From Pseudomonadota bacterium (GTDB lineage: Bacteria; Verrucomicrobiota; Verrucomicrobiia; Limisphaerales; SXTU01): a stretch of 64,000 nucleotides of DNA. A program made the translations under genes and the position numbers. The notes beneath the pieces were generated by a model. That model was not told the origin of the DNA. It saw nothing but the letters and a program-made list of their open reading frames with translations, and did no database searches. Position 1 is the first letter of the stretch. Every line of letters begins with the position of its first letter. This document shows positions 15,250 to 25,076 of this stretch, in pieces. The stretch is taken from assembly GCA_009922615.1 (NCBI GenBank), contig RFVF01000014.1:2188-66187 (forward strand), written 5' to 3'.

Positions 15250-17691
15250 TTACGGGGACTTGGTGAGGTGGCGGCGGATGTTAGCCATCACGTCGCCTCG
15301 CACGCTGGCCCCCTTCTGCAAGACGCGGTCAGTGCGGGCGGCGAGGAATTCGCGTTCCTCAGGGGAAAGGGTTTTGGCGGTGAGGACGACGACCGGGATG
15401 TGCGCCCATTCCTTGCGCTGGCGCAGTTCGCCAAGAAATTGAAAGCCATCCATCACGGGCATCATGATGTCGAGCACGATGAGCTGCGGGATAGTTTGCT
15501 TGACGAGTTCCAATGCACGCAGGCCGTTCTCGGCCACGGTGACGGGGAATTTTTCGTTCTCGATGATGCGCGACATCATTTCACGCAGCGTGGGATCGTC
15601 CTCGACTAAAAGGACGTAACCCTCCGGCGGATAGTGCAGGTGGCGGTGCAGGACGCGGCTCAATAATTCGGACTCCACGGGCTTGGTGAGAAACTCGGCG
15701 GCTCCCAGCGTGAAACCGGCGTCCACCTGGCCATCCTTGAGCGCGAGCAGAATCACCGGGATTGGCGCCAGCTCGGGATCGGACTTGAGCTGGCCCATCA
15801 CGGACCAGCCGTCGGCGGTCGGTCGCGAGGCGTCGAGGGTGATCAACGCGGGGCGGAGTTCGCGTGCGAGCTTCACGCCTTCGGCTCCGCTGGGGGCGAT
15901 CCGCATGTCGCACCCAGTGCCCTTGAGCGCTTCACCCACGAGCAGGTGGACATTAGGGTCTGGACTGAGGACCAGCACGGTGCGAGTGGTTAGAGGCGGT
16001 GCGGTGGCGCTGCTGGAGGCCGGCGCGGCGGGCTTGGGCTCGGGCTTTCGCACCTCGGCAGGCAGTTCGATGGTGAAGGTCGAGCCTTTCCCAAGCTCGC
16101 TGGTCACGTTGACACTGCCGCCCATGAGCTCGCAAAACTTGCGCGTGATGACCAGCCCCAGGCCGGTGCCGCCGTATTTGCGCGAGGTGGAGCTGTCGGC
16201 TTGTTGGAAGGCTTGAAAGAGCTTGCCCAGTTGCACGGGCGTCATGCCAATGCCCGTGTCGCTCACGGCGAAGCGAATCCACGGGGTTCCGTCGACGGTG
16301 AACCGCTCGACGATTAGCCGCACCTCGCCCTGGTCGGTGAACTTGTTGGCGTTGCTCAGGAGGTTGAGCAGGCTCTGGCGCAGTTTGGTGAGGTCGGCGT
16401 GGATGGAACCAAGGTCGGCCGGGGCCGTGATGACGAGGCGGTTGGTCTTCTTTTTTACGAGGGGCGTGATGGTGTTGCTGACCTCGCGGACGATGTTCGC
16501 CACCTCGAAGCGTTCAAGATGCAGCTCCATTTTCTGCGCCTCGATCTTGGAGAGGTCGAGGATTTCGTTGATGAGGTTCAGCAGGTGCTTGGCTGAATCC
16601 ATGATGCGCTGCAAATCGTCCGCGGCCTCGGTGCGGCCGTCGGCCTGCGCCTCGGCCAAAAGCATTTCAGAAAAGCCGATGATCGCCGTGAGCGGAGTGC
16701 GCAACTCGTGGCTCATGCTCGCTAGGAACGCGCTCTTGGTGCGGTTGGCTCCCTCGGCCTGCTGGCGCGCGTCTTCGGCAAGGTGCGTCATCTGCGCGAG
16801 TTCCCGGGTGCGCTCGGAGACCTTGGCTTCGAGGGTGCGGTTGGACTCCTCCAGTTCGGCGTAGGTGCGCTGCAGGTTGTTCGCCATTTTGGCGAACGCG
16901 TCGGCCAGCACGCCGACCTCGTCCTGCGAGCGAATGTCGAGTTTGGCGGCGGCGCTGAAATCACCGATGGCGAGCTGGCGCGCCGAGGCGGTCACCCGTT
17001 GTAGCGGCTTGGAAATCAGTGCCGAAAGCCAGGCGATCACGATTGCTCCGAGCGCAATGATGCCGCCGGCCGTCGTGAGGCTGCGCGTGATGACGGCGCT
17101 GACTTGGGCGTTCATTTCGCGGCGGGTGGTGTCGATTTCGCGACGCAGGTCGGCCAGCGAGTAGCCGAGGCGCAAGACGCCCCAGCGCTCGTTGCCGACG
17201 AGGATGGGCGCAATTACTTCGAGCACTTCCGATTTGTCCACGCCGACATTGCGCGCCACCAATCGGGTTTGCTGGGCGGCAGAGCGGTCGTCGGGGCTCT
17301 GATATTGTTTCAATTCGCCGTCGAAATGAATCAGCGCGCCGTGTTCGCCGGCGTGAGCCAGTGCCTGGGCGTTTGTGTTCAGGACGAGCGCGTAAGTGAG
17401 CTGGGCATTCAGCTTCGTCGCGTTGGTTACGACTTCGGAAACCGTGGAAAAGGCAAATCCAGAAATGTGGTTGCCAATCTCCTTGGCCAGATGGGTCGCC
17501 GCGCCTTCGCCGCGCGCCACCAGCACGTCGCGCATCAACCGCACGCGGCGTTCCATCTCGCGCTCGATCAGCCGCTGGTCCGCCCTGATTTCAATCCACG
17601 AGAGCACCGCGAGCAGGCCGACGATCAGGCCGAGCATCGTGACGAGCAGCTTCCAACGGATGCCGCGGCGGATTTGGGCAGGCGGCTCCAT
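15250..17691 (-). CDS. Hybrid sensor histidine kinase (periplasmic sensor, HAMP, HisKA, HATPase, two receiver domains)
   Basis: Track start 17700 is TTG; the ATG is at 17691. H-box [20 protein letters not shown]-boxes DTGIGM and GGTGLGL, two C-terminal REC domains. Confidence 0.9.
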   Translation of the reverse strand: MEPPAQIRRGIRWKLLVTMLGLIVGLLAVLSWIEIRADQRLIEREMERRVRLMRDVLVARGEGAATHLAKEIGNHISGFAFSTVSEVVTNATKLNAQLTYALVLNTNAQALAHAGEHGALIHFDGELKQYQSPDDRSAAQQTRLVARNVGVDKSEVLEVIAPILVGNERWGVLRLGYSLADLRREIDTTRREMNAQVSAVITRSLTTAGGIIALGAIVIAWLSALISKPLQRVTASARQLAIGDFSAAAKLDIRSQDEVGVLADAFAKMANNLQRTYAELEESNRTLEAKVSERTRELAQMTHLAEDARQQAEGANRTKSAFLASMSHELRTPLTAIIGFSEMLLAEAQADGRTEAADDLQRIMDSAKHLLNLINEILDLSKIEAQKMELHLERFEVANIVREVSNTITPLVKKKTNRLVITAPADLGSIHADLTKLRQSLLNLLSNANKFTDQGEVRLIVERFTVDGTPWIRFAVSDTGIGMTPVQLGKLFQAFQQADSSTSRKYGGTGLGLVITRKFCELMGGSVNVTSELGKGSTFTIELPAEVRKPEPKPAAPASSSATAPPLTTRTVLVLSPDPNVHLLVGEALKGTGCDMRIAPSGAEGVKLARELRPALITLDASRPTADGWSVMGQLKSDPELAPIPVILLALKDGQVDAGFTLGAAEFLTKPVESELLSRVLHRHLHYPPEGYVLLVEDDPTLREMMSRIIENEKFPVTVAENGLRALELVKQTIPQLIVLDIMMPVMDGFQFLGELRQRKEWAHIPVVVLTAKTLSPEEREFLAARTDRVLQKGASVRGDVMANIRRHLTKSP

Positions 17692-17763
17692 CAGCGGCAA
17701 ACGGCAAGCGTTAAACGACGAACGTGGCTCGTGACCGGTGCAGGGTGGAGGTGGCGTGGCATT

Positions 17764-18726
17764 TTAGCGAATGATGGTGTTGACCGAGTCCAGAGCTTCG
17801 CGGTTATAGTCCAAGCCGTATTGCTGGACCCGCTTGAGATTCAGGGTGACTTCCGAGCCGGCGGGGGTGCTGACCGCCTGAGCACTCGCGTGGTCCTGCA
17901 CCAGACCGGCTGCCTGGCGGCCAATCGTCGGCATGTCTGGCGCGAGCACGAGCGCGGCTCCGAGCCCGGTGAAGGCTGAGGAGTAGGTGAATACCGGCTT
18001 TCGCGCGGCATCCGCCTGGGTGAAGTAGCGTTGTGCGGCCGCTTCATTTTCGAGCACCACCGGATCAGGCGTGAGCCAAAGGGCATCCACGTGCGAGGTG
18101 AGTTCGGCGAGCGCCGCGCCGACTTGCGAGCTGCGAGTCACGGTGCGTCCGATGACTTCGACGCCCACTTCCTTGCCCGCCTGGACGGCCTGCTCGAACC
18201 ACTGTTTGTTGATGGCCGGGTTGTAAACCGTGCCGACGCGCTGGAGCTTCGGGAAGAAGTGCCGGAACAACGTGAGCTGCACGACCGCCGGTAGCTCGTT
18301 GGCAATAACCCGGGTGGTGCGCGGGTCCGTCTTGAACCGCTGCCAGTTGATCGCCGTGCTCAACACGATGGGCCGGCCCTTGGCCAGCTTCGCCACCATC
18401 TGGTAGGCATTGCCGCCGATGCAGTAGATGACGCCGGCTTGATCGGCAGCCAGTGCTCGTTTCAGGCCAGATTCACCGGCTTTGCTCAAGTCGAGCTGGG
18501 TCATCGCGTCCGCGCCAATTGTCTCCCGAAACGCATCCTGCACTTCGCCATATTTTGCCACCGAGGCATCCGAGTTGATCACCAACACTTTGGCCGTCCG
18601 TGGGACGGCGGCAAAGGCCAGGAACACCGTGGCCGCGAGGAACACCAGCGCGGGAGTGAGGGCGGCTCCGCCCGACCCTCCGGGGGGGCGCGAGCGCGGT
18701 CGCCATTTGTGAAACAGAGGGTTCAT
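17764..18726 (-). CDS. Periplasmic ABC_sub_bind-type substrate-binding protein (sensor-associated)
   Basis: 320 aa with signal/TM anchor. Sequence pattern is typical of the ABC transporter substrate-binding (DUF534-like) family often paired with sensor kinases. No permease or ATPase genes nearby. Confidence 0.8.
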   Translation of the reverse strand: MNPLFHKWRPRSRPPGGSGGAALTPALVFLAATVFLAFAAVPRTAKVLVINSDASVAKYGEVQDAFRETIGADAMTQLDLSKAGESGLKRALAADQAGVIYCIGGNAYQMVAKLAKGRPIVLSTAINWQRFKTDPRTTRVIANELPAVVQLTLFRHFFPKLQRVGTVYNPAINKQWFEQAVQAGKEVGVEVIGRTVTRSSQVGAALAELTSHVDALWLTPDPVVLENEAAAQRYFTQADAARKPVFTYSSAFTGLGAALVLAPDMPTIGRQAAGLVQDHASAQAVSTPAGSEVTLNLKRVQQYGLDYNREALDSVNTIIR

Positions 18727-19556
18727 TTGCGAAGCTGGTTGCGCTGGGCGTCGGTGATGGGGGCGAAGGCATCCAGGCCGAGCAGCCGGAGGCGTTGCTG
18801 GCCCTCGGCATCGCGGCCCATGTCGGTGAGCACTTTGAGCAAGGCCTGGGTGGCCGCATCCGGCTGCGTCGGCGCGATGATGATGGGGAGCAGCCGCTCC
18901 GGGCCCTTGGCAAGCTGCACGAGCGCCTGATGCTGTTTGGGGTTGATCTTGGCGAGCTTGTCCAAACCGCTCTCAGTGGTGACGGCCGCTTGGGCGGCAC
19001 CGAGGTCGACGGTCATGAGAGCATCCATGTCTTTGGGCACTGGCAGAATGTTTTGCTCAGTGATTAGCGTGCGCTGGCTAGGGCCAAGCAAATCCGCCAG
19101 CAGGCTCAGGGTGAAGGCCGTGTTACCAGCGGAGACGACCCGGGCTCCCTTGAGCGCGGCAACATTGGCCACGGCCTGCTTCGCGCAGAGCACGTGGCGC
19201 TGCGTGGATTTTTCGCGCAACTGGCCGATCAGCCGGGGTTGCCAGGCGGCCTTGGCGGCAAGCTGCGGGTAATGCCAGCTCGACAGCAGAAACAAACCGG
19301 CGTTGCCCGCCAGCGCTTTCTCAAACGCGGCCCGGTCGCTGTAGGGCTGAAACTTGTGCCCGCCCGCGCTCGCAAAAAATCCGTCGAATTCACTCTTGAG
19401 CGCGCCGAAGTTGTTGATGTTGGTCTCCGGGCTGTAGAAGTGGATCGTAGCCCCGGTTGCTTGCGCCCCGGTTCGGCGCAGAAATGGTCCGCCCAGACAC
19501 ACCACCGCCAGAACGCCCAAAGCGCGGCGGCGATCAAATTGTCGGCGAGGCGGCAT
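18723..19556 (-). CDS. Periplasmic PhnD/SsuA-like substrate-binding-fold protein
   Basis: Track start 19598 is TTG. The ATG at 19556 gives MPPRRQFDRRRALGVLAVVCLGG. ATGA overlap with the next gene. Family assignment is tentative. Confidence 0.65.
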   Translation of the reverse strand: MPPRRQFDRRRALGVLAVVCLGGPFLRRTGAQATGATIHFYSPETNINNFGALKSEFDGFFASAGGHKFQPYSDRAAFEKALAGNAGLFLLSSWHYPQLAAKAAWQPRLIGQLREKSTQRHVLCAKQAVANVAALKGARVVSAGNTAFTLSLLADLLGPSQRTLITEQNILPVPKDMDALMTVDLGAAQAAVTTESGLDKLAKINPKQHQALVQLAKGPERLLPIIIAPTQPDAATQALLKVLTDMGRDAEGQQRLRLLGLDAFAPITDAQRNQLRK

Positions 19557-19640
19557 GAAAAGGTTGACTCGCGTCGAGCCTGCCGCAGCCGTAGCCAAAC
19601 TGCAAGGGGTGGGTCGCCACCCGCTGCACTTCGATCACAG

Positions 19641-21968
19641 TCACTTCGGCAACTGGTTCAGCGTATACCAGAACGTGTCGTTCACCAGCGACTCGCCGGC
19701 GCCGCTCTTCACGTCGAGGCTGCGGACCATTGTCACGTAGCCCGTCTTCCAGCCTTCGAGCTTGAGACGCACCTTGAGTTTGTCCGGCGAGACGGTGGCA
19801 CCGGCGACCTTGATGACGGTGGCGGCGTTTTCCTTGCCGTCGTGGTCCAACTCGGGCGAGCCATACTTCGCGTGATATTTGAAGCCGTATTGAGTTACGT
19901 CGTAGCTCTCGGGATCAGCGGCGGCCTTCGCTTCCACAGGCTGCGTGAAGGTCAGCTCGAAGCCATCGCGCAGCGCGTGAACTTCCTTAACCTCGAAAGG
20001 CACTTTCCCCGTGAACTCGATGCGCTCCAGCGCGAAGTCCAGCGGCGCGACGGCTTTCCACGAGACCGGTGCCTGCAAGCCGCCGACATAGAGCTTGCCG
20101 TCCGGGCCATACACGAGACGGTTCACGCCCGACTGAAACTGCTTCAGGAACGGCCACACCGCGCCCTGATACTCCCCGTTAACCTTCTCCAACTGCACGC
20201 GCGTGACGATGGCGTTCTGGAAGTCGCCGACCATGAGCTGGCCCTTGAACGGCCCGAAGCGGTCGTCGGTAATCTCTGCGAAGCCCGTGACCGAGCGCGC
20301 GAGTTTGTAGGGAAACCAGACGGCCGGCGGGTCGAAACGTGTGTGCTTGCCGTATTCCCCCTGCGGCGCGGGCCACGCGCTGGGGTGGCCGTAGAACTTG
20401 CCTGGCGTGACGTGGTTTAGCTTGCACGCCGCCATCCACTGGCCCTGGTTCTCTGTCACGAACACCTCGCGGTCCGGGCCGAAGGTGCCGATGCCATTGG
20501 GCTCGCGCAGGCCGGAGCAAATCGGCTCAAGCTTCTTGCCATCAAGCGAAATGCGCAGTGTCCAGCCCATGTAGTTCGCATCCCAGCGCCCGCTGTGGCC
20601 GGCGTTGGCGAGCATGAAGTTGCCCGCCCTGTCGAAGACCGGGCCATAGACGAAGGCGTTGTAGCTGCCGGTGTAGCTCCAGCTTTGGTTGAGGCATTCG
20701 AACAAGTCCGCTTCGTTGTTACCATCCGTGTCCGTGAGCCGGTAGAGCGCCTGCTTGGTGCCGACGTAAATTTTTCCGTCGCGCACCGCGAGACCCATCG
20801 GCTCGGCCAGCCCGCGCGCGAAGCGGCGATACTTGGCGGCGGCGGGTGAACCTTGTGCGCCTTCGACAATCCACACCTCGCCCGCCCAAGTGCAGACGGC
20901 GAGGTCGCCGTTGGGCAGGAAGTCCATGCCGGTAACGAGGAGATTCGACTCCTTGGGGAGCGAGAACGCCTCGGCTCGGAAGGACGGTGTCGAACACGCA
21001 GCAGGTCTTGTAAATCCGGCTTTGGAAATGCGGTAAGGTTCTGTTGGACCGCGAAGCGCCGTCCACCGCGCCATCTCAATGTTGCCCCACCGGTGCAGCG
21101 CAAACTGTCTTGTCGGGCAAACTTCCGTATCCAGACGGAACGAGACTGGCTCGCCTTGAGGCCGTGCCGGGACCTTTACAAACACTTGCGCGAAGTCCCC
21201 TTTGATTCGCTGATGCGGGTTTCCTTTTTCGCTGCCTTGCTCAGTTGCTGTCTCGGATTCCAAATCCAACTTGGCTTCCCGCGCCACCAGCTCAAAGCCA
21301 TCCAACTTGATCAAAAGCACGTCGTTCGCTCTTTCAATCAGCAAGCCTTTTGGAGAAAGACGCTCCGTCCGCCCTTGCTCGATATGAGCTAGAAACCAGA
21401 GATCCTCGTTGCTCGGCCCCAGCACGACCGCTCGCCGCAATCCAGCGGCATGATTAGGGCGAGTCGCAAACGACTCCTTCAGGTTTACAATCCTGCCTGT
21501 TGAGTCCTTCAGGTTGTAGCGCAATGTTGCGTGCGACCCCTGAGCTTCGACGCCTTCGAATGCGGCGTATGAAGGTAGCTTCGTTTCTAGTCTCTCTGGC
21601 ATCGTCCCCACTGCCCACGGGAACACCGGCGGCATCGTCCACAGCACCGTGCCGTCGTTGGTGCTGATGAAGGGCGACTTGGGCAGGCCGTATTGCGGGC
21701 CGAGGAGCGCGACGCCCCGACCCGACCACACGGTGTGCGTGCGCAGCAGCGCGGTGTCGAAGGCCAGGTGCAGGTTCGTCGCCACCGGCACCACGATGCT
21801 GCGCGTGCTCTGCGGCATCGGGGCCATGCGAAACGGCTGGTCTGGCGGGTCGTAGTGTGGCGTGACGGGGGCGAACTTCTCCTTCGTGGCAGGGGCACCG
21901 AAAATGGCGGGGGCAGCCAGCGACCAGAAGGCGCAGGCCACGGACAGGCAAACGAGCGGGCGACGCAT
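19641..21968 (-). CDS. Secreted beta-propeller protein (sorbosone/glucose dehydrogenase-like fold) with C-terminal Ig-like domain
   Basis: ORF runs to 22058, but the ATG at 21968 precedes the signal peptide MRRPLVCLSVACAFWSLAAPAIFG. The propeller part GLREPNGIGTFGPDREVFVTENQGQWMAACKLNHV resembles PVC dehydrogenase-like propellers. Confidence 0.75.
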   Translation of the reverse strand: MRRPLVCLSVACAFWSLAAPAIFGAPATKEKFAPVTPHYDPPDQPFRMAPMPQSTRSIVVPVATNLHLAFDTALLRTHTVWSGRGVALLGPQYGLPKSPFISTNDGTVLWTMPPVFPWAVGTMPERLETKLPSYAAFEGVEAQGSHATLRYNLKDSTGRIVNLKESFATRPNHAAGLRRAVVLGPSNEDLWFLAHIEQGRTERLSPKGLLIERANDVLLIKLDGFELVAREAKLDLESETATEQGSEKGNPHQRIKGDFAQVFVKVPARPQGEPVSFRLDTEVCPTRQFALHRWGNIEMARWTALRGPTEPYRISKAGFTRPAACSTPSFRAEAFSLPKESNLLVTGMDFLPNGDLAVCTWAGEVWIVEGAQGSPAAAKYRRFARGLAEPMGLAVRDGKIYVGTKQALYRLTDTDGNNEADLFECLNQSWSYTGSYNAFVYGPVFDRAGNFMLANAGHSGRWDANYMGWTLRISLDGKKLEPICSGLREPNGIGTFGPDREVFVTENQGQWMAACKLNHVTPGKFYGHPSAWPAPQGEYGKHTRFDPPAVWFPYKLARSVTGFAEITDDRFGPFKGQLMVGDFQNAIVTRVQLEKVNGEYQGAVWPFLKQFQSGVNRLVYGPDGKLYVGGLQAPVSWKAVAPLDFALERIEFTGKVPFEVKEVHALRDGFELTFTQPVEAKAAADPESYDVTQYGFKYHAKYGSPELDHDGKENAATVIKVAGATVSPDKLKVRLKLEGWKTGYVTMVRSLDVKSGAGESLVNDTFWYTLNQLPK

Positions 21969-22080
21969 GGGGGGAATTTGCGTCGGCCGGTGTGCAAGGG
22001 CGATTCCAAATTGCACGCCGGTCTGCTTTTGATTTGCAGCCGACACCGGCTTTGACATTCAATCGCCTCAACCGAAGCTC

Positions 22081-22515
22081 ATGTCCAGCGCCGCCAACCC
22101 CAACGCCCGCCGTATCACCTCCGTGCTGGTGGTGGACGACGATGTGGAGCTGGCCATGATGTATAAGGAGTTGCTTGGCTCGCAAGGCTACATCGTCAAC
22201 ACCGCGCCCAACGGCGTCGAGGCGCTCAAGCTTTTGATGCGCCTGGAGGTGGACGCCGTGATTTGCGACATGATGATGCCGCACATGCCGGGCGACATGT
22301 TTTATCTGGCCGTTGAGCGCGTGAAGCCGCACCTCTGCCAGCGGTTTATCTTCGTGACCAGCTACGAGGGCAATCCAAAGATCGAGGCGTTCTTCAAGAA
22401 GGTGAACGGCATCGTGCTCTACAAGCCCACGACACTGGGCAAGCTCATGGGCACGCTCAACCTTCTGAACCAGCGGCTGGCCAACGCGGATAAGCAACCT
22501 TCCGGCGCGGGGTGA
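22081..22515 (+). CDS. Single-domain response regulator
   Basis: 144 aa. SVLVVDDDVELAMMY...AVICDMMMPHMPGDMFY...KP. Confidence 0.85.
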   Translation: MSSAANPNARRITSVLVVDDDVELAMMYKELLGSQGYIVNTAPNGVEALKLLMRLEVDAVICDMMMPHMPGDMFYLAVERVKPHLCQRFIFVTSYEGNPKIEAFFKKVNGIVLYKPTTLGKLMGTLNLLNQRLANADKQPSGAG

Positions 22516-22529
22516 GGCAGACTCTCACC

Positions 22530-22592
22530 TGCTCTTAATCGTAACCTTTCTCCTCCCTCAAACGGAGCGAAGCAGGATTACGATTGCGAGCA
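22530..22592. repeat. Imperfect ~63-nt hairpin with CGTAAT/ATTACG-type arms
   Basis: TGCTCTTAATCGTAACC (22530-22546) pairs with GGATTACGATTGCGAGCA (22575-22592), with further partial pairing inside. Lies 15 nt after the response-regulator stop. Confidence 0.5.
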
Positions 22593-22687
22593 AGAGTGCG
22601 AAGCGAGGAACCTGAGTTTGACATCCCCTTGAAAAACCGTTCGCATCTCCGCGTCACAAACACCGCACACGTAAACCACTTTTTCCC

Positions 22688-23716
22688 ATGAGCAAAAAAT
22701 ACAACGTCGGCATCATCGGTTACGGCTGGGTCGCCACCGCGCACATCCCGGCCATCAACGCCTCCGCCCAAGCCCAGGTCACCGCCGTCTATTCCTCGCG
22801 CCCGCAGGACGGCGCGGAGCTTTCCGCCAAATACGGTTCGCCCATCACCACCTACACGAACCTCGACGCGATGCTCGCGGACCCCAACATCCACGCCGTC
22901 TCCGTCTGCTCCATGCCCAGCTTGCACGCCAAGCACGTCATCGCTGCCGCGCGGGCGGGCAAGCACATCATCATCGAGAAACCCCTCGCCATGTCGCAGA
23001 AGGACGTGGACGCAATGGTCGCCGCCGTGAAGGCCGCCGGGGTGAAGACCTGCGTCTGCTTCGAGTGCCGCTACTCGAGCCAGTTCCAGGCGACCAAAGC
23101 CGTCATCGATCAGGGTCTGCTCGGCATGTTGCACTACGGCGAGGTGGACTACTACCACGGCATCGGTCCTTGGTATGGGCAGTTCCGCTGGAACACCTTC
23201 AAGAAGGACGGCGGCAGTGCGCTGCTCACCGCCGGCTGCCACGCGCTCGACGCCTTGCTCCTCTGCATGGGTAGCGAAGTCACCGAGGTCACCAGCTACG
23301 ACACGCGTTCGCAGAGCAGGATTTTCAAGCCCTACGAATACACCACCACCAGCGTCACCCTGCTGAAGTTCAAGAACGGTGCCGTAGGCAAGTGCGCCGC
23401 GGTGGTGGATTGCCTGCAACCCTACTACTTCCACACGCACCTCGTTGGCAGCGAAGGCAGTCTGCTCGATGACAAGTTTCACTCGCAGAAGCTCGGCACC
23501 AACAAGGCCAAGTGGAGCCAGCTCTCCATGAAGATGCTCGACTCCGGCGACGTGAGCGACCACCCCTACGAGACGCAGTTCAAGGCTTTCTTCGCCGCGC
23601 TCGACGCGGGAAAGGACATGGCGCTTACCAGCCTCGCCGACGCCGCGCGGAGTCATCGAGTGATGTTTGCCGCCGACAAGTCTGCAGCCACGGGCAAGAC
23701 AGTGAAGCTGGGTTGA
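22688..23716 (+). CDS. Gfo/Idh/MocA family NAD(P)-dependent oxidoreductase
   Basis: 342 aa. N-terminal Rossmann YNVGIIGYGWVATAHIPAI and EKPLAMS motif. Confidence 0.9.
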   Translation: MSKKYNVGIIGYGWVATAHIPAINASAQAQVTAVYSSRPQDGAELSAKYGSPITTYTNLDAMLADPNIHAVSVCSMPSLHAKHVIAAARAGKHIIIEKPLAMSQKDVDAMVAAVKAAGVKTCVCFECRYSSQFQATKAVIDQGLLGMLHYGEVDYYHGIGPWYGQFRWNTFKKDGGSALLTAGCHALDALLLCMGSEVTEVTSYDTRSQSRIFKPYEYTTTSVTLLKFKNGAVGKCAAVVDCLQPYYFHTHLVGSEGSLLDDKFHSQKLGTNKAKWSQLSMKMLDSGDVSDHPYETQFKAFFAALDAGKDMALTSLADAARSHRVMFAADKSAATGKTVKLG

Positions 23717-23768
23717 CGGGCGCTCGGCGCTGTCCAGCTGTTGAGAGGTGCGACGGAACTGGCCGGCT

Positions 23769-25073
23769 TCAAGCCCGGCTGAATTCCAGCCCCGTCAGCG
23801 TTCCCGTGCTCGTGCCGAACTTCTCCGTCTCGATGCCCAGCCGCTGAAGCAGGTTCACGTAAAGGTTGCACAAGGGCGGCGGGTTCTTCGGATCGAAGTG
23901 CAGATGCTGGCCGTGCTTGAATCCGCCGCCCGCGAGGAAGACGGGCAGGTTCGACGTGGAATGGCTGCTGCCGTCGCCGAGGTTGCTGCCAAGGAAAACC
24001 GTCGTGCGGTCAAGCAGGTTGCTGTCGCCTTCCTGCGATTGCTTCAGCTTGGCCAGTAGGTCGCGCACGGTCTTCATCGTCTCTACCTCCACGATCTTGA
24101 GCTGCGCGAGTTTTCCCGGGTCCTTGCCGTGATGGGATAGATCGTGATGCCCGAGACTCACACCGGGGATGGGCGGCGCGAAGGTCGAACCGGCGAGCAT
24201 GATGGTGATGAGCCGCGTGGAATCGGTCTGGAGCGCGAGGTGCGTGAGGTCGAAGAGCAGGCGCGTGCGGCCGATGAGGTCGGCGGCGTTCGGGATGTCC
24301 TTGGGCGGCTCGACGTTCACCTTGGGCTTGGGCGTCTTGGCCCAGCTCTCGTCGTTGACCATGCGCTGTTCGAGCTCGCGGACACTGGTGAGGTATTCGT
24401 CGAGCTTGTCGCGGTCTTCGCTGCCGAGGCCGGAGCGCAGGGACTTCGCCTGTTCGCGCACGTCATCGAGGATGCTGCGGCCGTCCGCGAGCCGGCGCAT
24501 CTGGCCTTGGACTTCGTCGGCTTTGCCTTCGAGGAAGAGGCGGGCAAAAACTTTCGAGGGCACGTTGTCCGCCGGGATGAGCGCGCCGGTGCGCGTCCAG
24601 GAAAGGCCGCCCGAACCTTCGCCGGACAACGCCAGACTGGGGAAACGCGTCTGCGTGCCGATGTGGTCGGCGGCGAACTGGTCGAGCGAGATGGCGTTGC
24701 GGAAACCCGGCCGGCCCGCACCTGGGACGCCGGTTAGGAAGCTGGCCGAGGCTTGATGCGCGAAGCTCGAGCCCATGCCCGCGTGCGCCAGCCCGGAGAT
24801 GACCGTGAACTCGTCACGGAACTCCGTGAGGATTTCGAGATAGGGCGAGAGCTCGTAGTCCTTGCCGGCCTGGGCGGGGAAGAAATTGTCGGGATGCAAT
24901 CCCAGCGGGGCGCAGATGCAGATGATGCGGCGCGGAACGCCAGGCTTCTGCTTTCTGCCTTCTGCTTTCTGGTTTGAACCATCGGCGAAGACGTCGAGCC
25001 ACGGGAGCGCAAGCGAGATGCCAGCGGCGCGGATGAAGGTGCGGCGGGGGATGATCATGGGTGACGCTTTCAT
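23769..25073 (-). CDS. DUF1552 domain protein (Tat signal)
   Basis: 434 aa. PRRTFIRAAGISLALPWL and HHDLSHHGKDP signature. Follows the DUF1592-family gene by 3 nt. Confidence 0.9.
   Translation of the reverse strand: MKASPMIIPRRTFIRAAGISLALPWLDVFADGSNQKAEGRKQKPGVPRRIICICAPLGLHPDNFFPAQAGKDYELSPYLEILTEFRDEFTVISGLAHAGMGSSFAHQASASFLTGVPGAGRPGFRNAISLDQFAADHIGTQTRFPSLALSGEGSGGLSWTRTGALIPADNVPSKVFARLFLEGKADEVQGQMRRLADGRSILDDVREQAKSLRSGLGSEDRDKLDEYLTSVRELEQRMVNDESWAKTPKPKVNVEPPKDIPNAADLIGRTRLLFDLTHLALQTDSTRLITIMLAGSTFAPPIPGVSLGHHDLSHHGKDPGKLAQLKIVEVETMKTVRDLLAKLKQSQEGDSNLLDRTTVFLGSNLGDGSSHSTSNLPVFLAGGGFKHGQHLHFDPKNPPPLCNLYVNLLQRLGIETEKFGTSTGTLTGLEFSRA
24944..24971. repeat. Heptamer tandem array (GCTTCTG CTTTCTG CCTTCTG CTTTCTG)
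   Basis: Read directly from the sequence. In frame inside DUF1552, translated NQKAEGRKQKPG just after the Tat signal. Confidence 0.8.
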
Positions 25074-25076
25074 ACG

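Noticed and set aside
22535-23656. 373-aa minus-strand ORF
   Set aside because: It is antisense to the Gfo/Idh/MocA oxidoreductase and has no motifs. Its C-terminus merely reads through the intergenic hairpin.
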